This document shows, in pieces, positions 36,944 through 45,744 of a stretch of 64,000 nt of DNA. The stretch lies in the IMG/VR virus record IMGVR_UViG_3300042868_003730, positions 32,001-96,000 of that record. The stretch is one strand, 5' to 3'. Origin of the DNA: a virus. Each line of letters starts with the position of its first letter. The first letter of the stretch is position 1. The notes below the pieces were generated by a model. The model did not search any database. It was given only the letters and a program-made list of their open reading frames with translations, and was not told the origin of the DNA. The translations under genes and the position numbers were made by a program.

Positions 36944-37350
36944 AGTTTTTTCATCTTCTCCATAATTATTGCATTCATTTCAGAGGTAGTACCAATGAAG
37001 GCTACATTATTAGTTACATTAGCAGTCGGTATATTCTTCTCAGTTGACTTCTCAAGAATCTTTCTTTTCTTCTCATGCACGTCCAGCAATTGAGAATTCA
37101 TATCAGATACTGTCTTCAGCATTGTTGCTAGTACTTCATATGACCTTGGTGTTTCGCTTTGAATGGCAATTTCTAGCGCACTCTCAATGGCTCTGTTACC
37201 GAGGTTGAGAAGTCCTTTGATGTTTGTTCTTGCCAGTTCTGCGTCTGTTGAAACAGTTGAGTCTTTATCATCTTCGGAGATTGTGGGAAGTATAACCCGA
37301 TCCATCGGAACTGGTTCTACATCAAATACCTCGGAAATCTTTTTACTCAT
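36940..37350 (-). CDS. 16: terminase small subunit gp16-like
   Basis: D..LAR.NI, A..SETPRSYEV, TNNVAFIGTTSE. Confidence 0.75.
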   Translation of the reverse strand: MSKKISEVFDVEPVPMDRVILPTISEDDKDSTVSTDAELARTNIKGLLNLGNRAIESALEIAIQSETPRSYEVLATMLKTVSDMNSQLLDVHEKKRKILEKSTEKNIPTANVTNNVAFIGTTSEMNAIIMEKMKKL

Positions 37351-37631
37351 TGTTCTTTAGAAACTGCGTCAGATGCGTTATTTATTCTCGCAATTTTCTC
37401 TTGACCGCGAGTAAATGCCGAGACGCCAAGAATCGCTCCGAATGAGATATGGAATAATCCAGACCCAACCAGAGTTAATGGTTGCCACTGAGAATTGACA
37501 TTACCATTATAAAATGTCTGGATAATTGACCAGAGAATTGGCGCAACAACAAAATCAAATAAACAAATAACCAAATACACAATGGCAGTAATTGGTCGCC
37601 ATTTATTTTGCAACCAAGTTTCTGGTGTCAT
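37347..37631 (-). CDS. putative holin (GTA/3TM-type)
   Basis: KWRP..AIVYLVICLFDF, WQPLTL..GLFH..GAILG.SA.TRGQEK. Confidence 0.7.
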   Translation of the reverse strand: MTPETWLQNKWRPITAIVYLVICLFDFVVAPILWSIIQTFYNGNVNSQWQPLTLVGSGLFHISFGAILGVSAFTRGQEKIARINNASDAVSKEQ

Positions 37632-38869
37632 TAGTATTTTCCTCTGGTAACATCGGATTGAAGTTGTGATGCTGCACCGGAAACATCATTACCTCTGGTG
37701 TTATATACACTACCCATTTTACCAACAGAATCAGCGATCTGTTGGCTTCCACCAGGAATACTGTTCATTGAATTGGTCAGACTAGAGAAGATTGATCCAA
37801 CTCCTGATAAGTTCGCACCAATAGCACCAAGATGACCAGGAATACCTGCGACATTTGACACAACAGCAAGTTTGCCACCAATTCCCAATAGATTGGTTTG
37901 TATACCTGCGAATGGTGCCCCAAGTCCCAGAGAACTTGCTGCTGAGTTAATAGCACCAAGTGTATTTGCGATACCGACCGTAGCATTAGTGAGTGCAGCT
38001 AATGGTGCGGTGATGTTGTTGATTCCTTCTCCAAGCCCACCAAGAGCAGCACCAAAATCACTGGAACTCTTTCCAAGAGAAAGAATACCACTACCGAAAG
38101 CAGAAGTATTTGCATTTCCTCCAGGTGCTGTGCTTAACAAAGCATAGGAAGCAGAACAACTTCTTGATGTGTCGGATGCGAAATCTCTGCCGAGGGCAAC
38201 TGCACCACCAGAAAAGTTATTCGAGAATCCTGAACCACTACCAGCTGTTGCGTAGCCGAGATATTCAGCAGAACCATCTTTTGCCAATGCTGCCACACCA
38301 CTCTCTGATTTTTTAGTCGTGAACAGTTCTAGTTTATTGCTAATTTCATTCCCTGCTTCATCCATGGGAATTTGAGTCCAGTATTTGAATACCAGAGATA
38401 CGCGCACTCTGATGATATCTTTATTCTCGAAACCGAAACTAATATCCTGTATTGATTTCGGATATGCCTCAAAGACTCTGGCACAATAAACTATTTTACT
38501 TTCTTTATCAGTTACGATGACATCTAATTGTTTAGTGTAATCTGAATAATATCCTACATTTCTTGTTGTTTTATTTACAACTGCGTTAGACCATTGTTCG
38601 AAGTATTGTTTAACTATCATCTTCCTGTCAGATATAAATGATAGTTCCATACTTGGATATAATGGCATATACGGTACTTCTCTATTTTCACCGAATATTC
38701 TAATATCTGTTGTTGAGTTTGTTAACCCAGGAAGGTTAACGCTGTCGCACATTAAACTAACTTCTTTACCAGTGGAGTCACCAAACACCACATAGTAGTG
38801 CGTTCCTGTGAGCAGTCCTTCAGATTTTACCTTAGAGATAAACTCATTTAATGTTGCCTTTGAATCCAT
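37631..38869 (-). CDS. 54: baseplate-tail tube initiator gp54-like with long C-terminal extension
   Basis: CDSVNLPG, YFEQW, YYSDY, EAYPKSI tube-fold motifs. Confidence 0.7.
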   Translation of the reverse strand: MDSKATLNEFISKVKSEGLLTGTHYYVVFGDSTGKEVSLMCDSVNLPGLTNSTTDIRIFGENREVPYMPLYPSMELSFISDRKMIVKQYFEQWSNAVVNKTTRNVGYYSDYTKQLDVIVTDKESKIVYCARVFEAYPKSIQDISFGFENKDIIRVRVSLVFKYWTQIPMDEAGNEISNKLELFTTKKSESGVAALAKDGSAEYLGYATAGSGSGFSNNFSGGAVALGRDFASDTSRSCSASYALLSTAPGGNANTSAFGSGILSLGKSSSDFGAALGGLGEGINNITAPLAALTNATVGIANTLGAINSAASSLGLGAPFAGIQTNLLGIGGKLAVVSNVAGIPGHLGAIGANLSGVGSIFSSLTNSMNSIPGGSQQIADSVGKMGSVYNTRGNDVSGAASQLQSDVTRGKY

Positions 38870-38871
38870 GA

Positions 38872-39462
38872 TTACCAGTGCGCTTTCTTAGATGATTCTT
38901 TCCATACCTGTTCTTTGGATGCGCCGACGAATCTCTGTACTGGCATTAACATAGCCGTATACCAGGATTCATGGGGGATTTCGCAGAATGGGGACTTTAC
39001 GTGCGGAAGAAGGTATTGTTTAATGCAAGGTGCCGCTGCCTTTAGACGAGACATTCCCTGGATCAAATCCCAAGAATACTTAATCTTAGCAGTATCCGTC
39101 CCACCCTTCTCATAGATGGATGTCAGTTCTTTGAATAGCATCATACGAGGACGATAGTCCAGATAATGAAGATTCAATCCAATGAAACCATTCTCTGTCT
39201 TTGCATAAGGAATAACTAAAGGAAACTGGTCATAGTAAGGCAGAGTTTCTTTGAACTTTGGATCATAGTAAAAGAAGATTGGTCGACCAGGCACTAGGCG
39301 AGAAGTCAAGTTCATACCACCATCACCAATCATAATTCTGTTGGGTGTGATTTTCTTGGTTGACAACATCTTTACTTGGTCGTCAAACCATCTTTTTGAA
39401 TTCACAACTTGACTTGGATCAATATGATACAACTCAAGTGAGGTCTTTCTTTCTCTTGCCAT
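38872..39462 (-). CDS. 2: DNA end protector gp2
   Basis: YDPKFKETLPYYDQFPLV, GLNLHYL, CIKQYL. Confidence 0.9.
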   Translation of the reverse strand: MARERKTSLELYHIDPSQVVNSKRWFDDQVKMLSTKKITPNRIMIGDGGMNLTSRLVPGRPIFFYYDPKFKETLPYYDQFPLVIPYAKTENGFIGLNLHYLDYRPRMMLFKELTSIYEKGGTDTAKIKYSWDLIQGMSRLKAAAPCIKQYLLPHVKSPFCEIPHESWYTAMLMPVQRFVGASKEQVWKESSKKAHW

Positions 39463-39468
39463 ATTTCC

Positions 39469-39906
39469 TTAGAACAATTGTTTCTCGGTTAGTACGATGA
39501 ATTCCATATTGTGCTTCTTACAATATGCATCAGCACTTTTCCACTTCTCTGTATTTACAGCATAGGTAGCCATCTCAGTCAGAAACTTCTTGGTCTTTCT
39601 AGTCTGCTTCGGAGGTTCCGTTTGCGCCGAAGGTTTAATTTCCACTGCGTATTTCTTTATATCACCAGTTCTTGTCTTTACCATAATGACAAAGTCAACA
39701 AAGTATCTGTGCGGTCGTTTATCAACTGGTGATATATAAGGAATAACTAATTCTTCGTTGTTGTACTTTAACACTGAAGGATTCGCGTCGCACCAATTTA
39801 GAAACTTCAACTCCCAGCTGCTACGATAGAAGATATTGTTAATATCACCTACGTATTTCTCTGGTCGTTTTGGTTTGAAATATCCCTGAATATAGTGCCG
39901 CGCCAT
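39469..39906 (-). CDS. 4: head completion protein gp4
   Basis: KY.GD...YRSSWE, HRYFVDF, EIKP, NTEKW. Confidence 0.9.
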   Translation of the reverse strand: MARHYIQGYFKPKRPEKYVGDINNIFYRSSWELKFLNWCDANPSVLKYNNEELVIPYISPVDKRPHRYFVDFVIMVKTRTGDIKKYAVEIKPSAQTEPPKQTRKTKKFLTEMATYAVNTEKWKSADAYCKKHNMEFIVLTEKQLF

Positions 39907-39909
39907 TCG

Positions 39910-39939
39910 CTAAATATAATACTACTAACCATTATTTAG
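39910..39939. promoter_or_regulatory. crossed divergent late promoters
   Basis: CTAAATA on + at 39910-39916 and on - at 39933-39939. Confidence 0.65.
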
Positions 39940-39948
39940 ACCACCACA

Positions 39949-40878
39949 ATGGCAACTCCTCAAAAACGCTCTGTAACGTACAATACTCTCAAGTACGAGA
40001 TACAGAATTTACAGTACCCAGAGGATTTGGATACATCGGAACAATATGGTCAGAACAGAGTATTGTTCTTTATCAATGTCACTGGTGAAAGTAAATTGAA
40101 CAAGAATTCAATTTACCCTGAGCGAATAGTAGTAGATATTCCTCCGAATGAATACAAGAATTCTGTTGGAAGAGAATCACTTGAGAAAGCAACCGAGAAA
40201 ATTGGTCTTGGTGGAGCATTGAGAAGTACGTTACCAATGAAGAGGTTAACCTCTGCTATTAGCCTATATATCCCAAATGATCTTAGTACCTCGTATGGTG
40301 TTACATGGGGAGATGGAGAAGAGTTAGCGGGTAGTGGTCTTTTTGCGCAACTAGGTTCTGATGTGACTAGTGGTAAAGCGGGATTTGGGGATGCGGCTGC
40401 AAGTGCAGCTCTAACTGGAGTCGCGCAAACAGTCTTAAAAAATTCTAAGTCTGTTCAGAAAATTTCAAGGACTACACAAAACACAAAGAAAGAACAATTA
40501 TTCCAGGGTGTTGATTTTAGAACTATAAATTTCTCTTATCAATTCGCACCAAAGAATGAGTTTGAAGCAGCTAATGTTCTTGACATTATTCGAACATTTC
40601 GTCACCATATGCTTCCTGAGTTCGCAGATGAGAATCAGTTTATCTATATCTACCCTTCTGAATTTGAGATCAAGTATTTTAGGGGTGACCAAGAAAGTGA
40701 ATTCCTCGAGCGACACTTTACTGCTGTGTTGACAAATTGTAACATAAACTACACACCGAATGGGCAATTTGTTACATTCGAAAATGGAATGCCTTCTCAG
40801 ATAAACATGACCTTGACATTCAAAGAACTGTTCTTGGCATCCAAAGAAACATCAAGTCAGTTTGAGGCTGGAAAATGA
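39949..40878 (+). CDS. 48: baseplate tail tube cap gp48
   Basis: LQYP, ISLYIP, EQLFQGVDFRT..F...FAPKN, YPSEF, LTFKE. Confidence 0.85.
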   Translation: MATPQKRSVTYNTLKYEIQNLQYPEDLDTSEQYGQNRVLFFINVTGESKLNKNSIYPERIVVDIPPNEYKNSVGRESLEKATEKIGLGGALRSTLPMKRLTSAISLYIPNDLSTSYGVTWGDGEELAGSGLFAQLGSDVTSGKAGFGDAAASAALTGVAQTVLKNSKSVQKISRTTQNTKKEQLFQGVDFRTINFSYQFAPKNEFEAANVLDIIRTFRHHMLPEFADENQFIYIYPSEFEIKYFRGDQESEFLERHFTAVLTNCNINYTPNGQFVTFENGMPSQINMTLTFKELFLASKETSSQFEAGK

Positions 40879-41408
40879 CCTACTTCGCAAACTTCCCAGA
40901 TATCTTATATCCATTCGAACTGGGTGGAAAGATCAAACTCGTTCGAGTCAAAGACATTGTTTGTAATGTTAGAGTTAGAAAGAAGGTACTGAGTAATATC
41001 ACGTTGTATGATGAATATGATATTGAGGACGGAGAGACTCCGGAAATTATTGCTGAGAGAGTTTATGGGGATGCCAATCTTCATTGGGTAATTATGCTTG
41101 CGAATGATCGTTATGATAGGTGGAATGATTTTCCAATGAGTGGAGAGGCTCTTGGCAAGTACATTGAAAACAAATATGGGCAGGGAAATGATGGTGACCA
41201 GCACTATATTTTTGACACGCCACATTTCGAGGATGAGAAAGGAAATATAGTTGACGGTCCTGCAACAAATCTAGTTCGAGCCATAACCAATCTTGAGTAT
41301 GAGACAAGAGTCAATGAGAGTAAACGAAGAATTAAGATTATCAATAAAACTCTAATTGCTGCTATCGTCTCTGAACTTGAAACATCATTTGAGACGTTCG
41401 AAGAATGA
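40875..41408 (+). CDS. 53: baseplate wedge gp53
   Basis: YFANFP, GETPEIIAERVYGD..LHWVI...N, NESKRRIK. Confidence 0.9.
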   Translation: MTYFANFPDILYPFELGGKIKLVRVKDIVCNVRVRKKVLSNITLYDEYDIEDGETPEIIAERVYGDANLHWVIMLANDRYDRWNDFPMSGEALGKYIENKYGQGNDGDQHYIFDTPHFEDEKGNIVDGPATNLVRAITNLEYETRVNESKRRIKIINKTLIAAIVSELETSFETFEE

Positions 41409-42640
41409 CTGTTAATTACCCTCTGAAGTTTGCAGGTGAATATACCTTAGATGAGGTAACTATAATTACGTCTGAAAATGCAGAGACGAATATTGTCGAT
41501 CAGGTTGTTGGTATTGTTGTTTATGAAGATCTGTTCTCTCCATTTATATCAGGAACTATTTTCATAAAAGATACATTCGACCTCCCTGGGTTATTCGGAA
41601 GATCTGGACTTAATAGAGTTCGTCTAAAGATATACACCCCAACTATTGACAAAGATAATTATATCTCTTCGGTATTTCACATATACAAACATTCTGATAG
41701 AACACTTACTGGGGATAGAACGCAACAATACTCATTCCACTTCATATCAGAAGAAGCTATCGCCAACCAGAAAAAGATATCCAAGAGTTATGGTGGTTCT
41801 CCATCAGAGTTAGTGAACAGAATTATTAGAGATGAGTTCCGTTCTAGAAAACCAGTCTATATGACTCCATCGACGAACAGCATAAAGTATGTGTCTAACT
41901 TCTGGACTCCGACGGAGAATATCAGATTCCTTTCTGAGGTATCAAGAGGAACTGGTGGTGATAACTTCGTATTTTTTGAGAATAGAGATGGGTTCAATTT
42001 TCTTTGCTTAAATGATATGGCAAATAAACAAAAGCCAACTCTACAGAAGTTTAAAAATATTGATTCTCTTGGCAAAGGAAAGAAAGATATCAATTTTGAC
42101 TATGAGACTATTATTTCCATAAACGTAGATACTTTCTATGATTACTTCAAAGACTTAGATTCTGGTATGATAAAATCTAAGTTGTATATCTCTGATCCAG
42201 TATTAAAGAGATACAAGATTAAAACATTCGATCTTTCAACTGATAAAAAAGAACTACTCAATAAGAACAGACTTTATACTGATAAAGTAATTAGTGAATC
42301 ACAAACAACTATTATGAGCGGCACCCGTCAGTATAACACGATGAGTGCCGGAGACTCAACTAACTTTGATTATTATCAGAGACGGATTTCTCAGATCAGA
42401 CAATTCCAAGCATCGAAGGTTGAGATCGAGGTTCTTGGAAGAACGGACTATACTGTCGGCAAGAAAGTGCTCTTGGATATTAACAAGATTCGCTCATTCT
42501 CTGCGGGAGATGATCAGGGAGATTTCTTAGATAAAATCCTTAGTGGATACTATATAATTTCCGCAGTCGCGCATAAGTTCTCTCTTGATAAACACATCTG
42601 CAGCCTCGAACTAATTAAAGATAGCACACAATCAGAATGA
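41405..42640 (+). CDS. baseplate hub protein (gp27-like)
   Basis: YEDLFSPFISG, FFENRDGFNF, SGYYIISAVAH; lies between 53 and 5. Confidence 0.7.
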   Translation: MTVNYPLKFAGEYTLDEVTIITSENAETNIVDQVVGIVVYEDLFSPFISGTIFIKDTFDLPGLFGRSGLNRVRLKIYTPTIDKDNYISSVFHIYKHSDRTLTGDRTQQYSFHFISEEAIANQKKISKSYGGSPSELVNRIIRDEFRSRKPVYMTPSTNSIKYVSNFWTPTENIRFLSEVSRGTGGDNFVFFENRDGFNFLCLNDMANKQKPTLQKFKNIDSLGKGKKDINFDYETIISINVDTFYDYFKDLDSGMIKSKLYISDPVLKRYKIKTFDLSTDKKELLNKNRLYTDKVISESQTTIMSGTRQYNTMSAGDSTNFDYYQRRISQIRQFQASKVEIEVLGRTDYTVGKKVLLDINKIRSFSAGDDQGDFLDKILSGYYIISAVAHKFSLDKHICSLELIKDSTQSE

Positions 42641-45060
42641 CACAATTTTACACTGGCGTAGTTGAGGATAGAACCACTGACCCATTAAAATTAGGTCGTT
42701 GTAAGGTAAGAGTATTCGGTTTACATTCTGAGAGTAAACTAGATCTACCAACAGCAGATCTGCCATGGGCGATCGTAATGCAGCCTGTTACATCAGCTGC
42801 TATGAGTGGTATTGGGTTCTCTCCAGTTGGTCCAGTTGAAGGTTCTTGGGTAGTTGTTATCTTTACTGATGCTGATAACCAGCAGCCAGTAATTATTGGT
42901 ACACTGGGTGGTATTCCTCAACAGGACGTCGGGACGAACTCAACTTATGCTGAACAAAGCAACACATTAAAATCCACTGATGGCACAGAAGTAACGGATA
43001 GTAGTGGTGCTCCAATCTTAACTGGTGAGACAACTCCTGCTACTCCGGAGACTTCTACCTCAGTTGGCCAAGCAAAGAAAGTATCTTCTTTATCTTTATC
43101 AGCAGAAGGATTAAATGAATTAAAGAGTCACGAGGGTCTTGCTTCTTTGGATAAAGCAAGGACGAGAATCGGCAGAGATTCTACTCCTGATAATACAACA
43201 TTGTATCCATATAAAGATACCAAAGGCATTTGGACGATCGGTTGGGGATCAACTTATCTTCTTGATAATTCAAGAGTCAACGAGAACACAATTATCACTA
43301 AAGCAGAAGCTGATAAACTTCTGGCATATAAACTGGAAAAGGAATTTGTTCCTGCTATAAAACGTAATGTGAAGGTTCCTGTCACCCAGAGTATGTTTGA
43401 CTCTCTGGTGGGTATGGTCTATAATATGGGATCTGGTGGATTGTTTAGCAGCCAGATTGCTACAAGTCTTAATGCAGGAAAATATGAAGAAGCAGCTGCA
43501 TTTATTCCGCAGACCAGAAATAACAATGGTACTCTCACTGGAAGAAGAGAAAAAGAGAAAACTCTATTTCTGAAAGACGGTATTCCTACCATCGATGGTG
43601 ATGTAACACCAACTCCAGCAACGCCAACTGAAACCAAAACAGCAGCTGATGTTACGCAGAATCCAGCTGTTATTCGTAAAGCATCCACGACTACCGTAGC
43701 GCAGCCATTAAACCCAACAGATAATTCTGGTTTCAAGGATCCTAATAAAGCATACCCAAGATTTCTGAATGAACCAGATACGCACCGTCTAGCAAGAAAT
43801 GAGTCTATTGATAATACAGTTGTATTCTCCAAGGAAGCTGGTCGTGTTCTAAACGTAAAGAAGGCAGATGGGTCAACTTGGAATCAACCTCCTATTCCAT
43901 ACAATGCCAAGTATCCATTCAATCATGTATTCGCAACTGAGAGTGGCCATATTGAAGAATGGGATGACACAAAGGGCAGCGAGCGTCGTCACTCCTTTCA
44001 TAAGTCTGGAACATTTTACGAGATCGATGCAAATGGAACTAGAGTAACTCGTATCGTCGGTGATGATTATGAGATCTTAGAACGTAATGGTAACATTCTG
44101 GTTAAGGGTGCTTGTAACGTAACTATCCAGGGAAACTCGAATGTTCGAATTGAGAATAACTCTATCGTTCAAGTTTTAGGAAATGCTACTCTAAATGTTA
44201 CTGGGAATCTAACCCAAGCAGTATCTGGTGATTATAAAGTAAAGGTCGGCGGTCAATTCGCAGTTGACGCAAATAAGATTTACTTCAATAGTGGAGTTGC
44301 GAGTGGAGTGTCTCTACCAACAGAAGCTGCTGGTGAACAACCAGAGTTCGGTGTATTGACTACGACAAGCAGAACTAGCGATGTTGATGCCAATTACGAG
44401 ACTCCACAGGAAGGTAATTCAGAGGAATTCGTTGCGAAGAATATTGATAATGGTAAGGTGAATCCAGAAGAGACTCAACCTACCACGACACCAACCACTG
44501 AGGAAGCAGTTGTTCCAGAGAAAACAGCAGTCGCATCGTTCACTACTTGTGGCGATGACATCAAGAATACAACTACCTTTACCTCTGGATTCAAACTAAC
44601 TGAACAGTTTACGCTTGGTCAAATCTGTGTCGGCTCCAGTGGTATTCCAAGTGGTGTCAACTATGGAATACCAGCATCTGAAATTGTTTGTAACCTTCGT
44701 CTACTGGTAGCAAATTGTATTGAGCCAATCAAAGCAAAGTATCCGAATCTGAATATCACCAGTGCCTGGAGATCGGAAGCACAGAATACAAAAATCGGTG
44801 GTTCAAAGACATCGGATCACTTGAAAGGAATGGCGATCGATTTCCAGTTGAAGGGATTCAACAGAAAGCAACACTACGATGCTATTATTGAGATCCAGAA
44901 AATGCTTCCGGCATTCCGACAACTTATTCTTGAGTATAAAGGTGCAACTACCTGGATTCATATTGCTTTCAATATAAATAATAATCTTATGCAGGCATTG
45001 ACAATTGATGCAGCAATAAATAAGACCCTCAAATCTGGTGGCTATGTGCTAAAGGAATAA
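42637..45060 (+). CDS. 5: baseplate hub/spike gp5 with GH24 lysozyme and C-terminal M15 peptidase
   Basis: GVVEDR.DPLKLGR..VR OB-fold; HEG...YKDTKGIWTIGWG lysozyme; ESGH..E.DDT beta-helix; SAWR...SDH..G.AID...WIH M15. Confidence 0.9.
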   Translation: MTQFYTGVVEDRTTDPLKLGRCKVRVFGLHSESKLDLPTADLPWAIVMQPVTSAAMSGIGFSPVGPVEGSWVVVIFTDADNQQPVIIGTLGGIPQQDVGTNSTYAEQSNTLKSTDGTEVTDSSGAPILTGETTPATPETSTSVGQAKKVSSLSLSAEGLNELKSHEGLASLDKARTRIGRDSTPDNTTLYPYKDTKGIWTIGWGSTYLLDNSRVNENTIITKAEADKLLAYKLEKEFVPAIKRNVKVPVTQSMFDSLVGMVYNMGSGGLFSSQIATSLNAGKYEEAAAFIPQTRNNNGTLTGRREKEKTLFLKDGIPTIDGDVTPTPATPTETKTAADVTQNPAVIRKASTTTVAQPLNPTDNSGFKDPNKAYPRFLNEPDTHRLARNESIDNTVVFSKEAGRVLNVKKADGSTWNQPPIPYNAKYPFNHVFATESGHIEEWDDTKGSERRHSFHKSGTFYEIDANGTRVTRIVGDDYEILERNGNILVKGACNVTIQGNSNVRIENNSIVQVLGNATLNVTGNLTQAVSGDYKVKVGGQFAVDANKIYFNSGVASGVSLPTEAAGEQPEFGVLTTTSRTSDVDANYETPQEGNSEEFVAKNIDNGKVNPEETQPTTTPTTEEAVVPEKTAVASFTTCGDDIKNTTTFTSGFKLTEQFTLGQICVGSSGIPSGVNYGIPASEIVCNLRLLVANCIEPIKAKYPNLNITSAWRSEAQNTKIGGSKTSDHLKGMAIDFQLKGFNRKQHYDAIIEIQKMLPAFRQLILEYKGATTWIHIAFNINNNLMQALTIDAAINKTLKSGGYVLKE

Positions 45061-45061
45061 T

Positions 45062-45346
45062 ATGCCAGCAGTAGCAAGACTCTACGACAAATGTTCTGGT
45101 CATGGTTGTTTCCCTCCGAGGGTAAATGATGCTGCATCATCAGATGTTTTTGTTAATGGTAAAGGCGTACATAGAGTCGGCGACCATTGGATTCCGCATA
45201 AATGTAATAAGAATATGCATGACTCAATCCTTGCTGCTGGGAGTTCTACTGTATTTGTTAATGGTAAGGCTGTTGGAAGAATTGGTGATGATGTTGCCTG
45301 TGGTTCAGTGATAGCGCAGGGATCTTCAGACGTTTTCAGCGGGTAA
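45062..45346 (+). CDS. PAAR spike tip protein (gp5.4-like)
   Basis: MPAVARL.D.C.GH, VFVNGK repeats. Confidence 0.9.
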   Translation: MPAVARLYDKCSGHGCFPPRVNDAASSDVFVNGKGVHRVGDHWIPHKCNKNMHDSILAAGSSTVFVNGKAVGRIGDDVACGSVIAQGSSDVFSG

Positions 45347-45357
45347 CTAAATAATAC

Positions 45358-45744
45358 ATGGCCACAATAACATTCTCAGATATCGATGCTAGTTTTACAC
45401 CAAATCCCATAACAGGCGATTTGGCAGTAAGAACAGACGACCAGGCAATTAAATTCGCCATTCGTTCACTCATAATGACGAATTATTATGAGCGTCCATT
45501 TCATAGTAATATTGGATCCCCTGTCAGTTCTCTCTTGTTTAATAACATGGGTCCAAATTTCAATAGCATCCTTAGGCAAGGCATTACTGATACCATAAAC
45601 AACTTTGAACCAAGAGTTGATGTTTTGGAAGTTCAGATAGATGATTCACCAGATAATAATCGAGTGTATATCTCGATTATCTTTAAGATTAAGAACACAG
45701 AAAGACCAATTGAGGTCGGGCTAAATCTAACGAGAACACGATGA
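45358..45744 (+). CDS. 25: baseplate wedge gp25
   Basis: FSDID, ERPFH..IGS, NFEPRV. Confidence 0.9.
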   Translation: MATITFSDIDASFTPNPITGDLAVRTDDQAIKFAIRSLIMTNYYERPFHSNIGSPVSSLLFNNMGPNFNSILRQGITDTINNFEPRVDVLEVQIDDSPDNNRVYISIIFKIKNTERPIEVGLNLTRTR

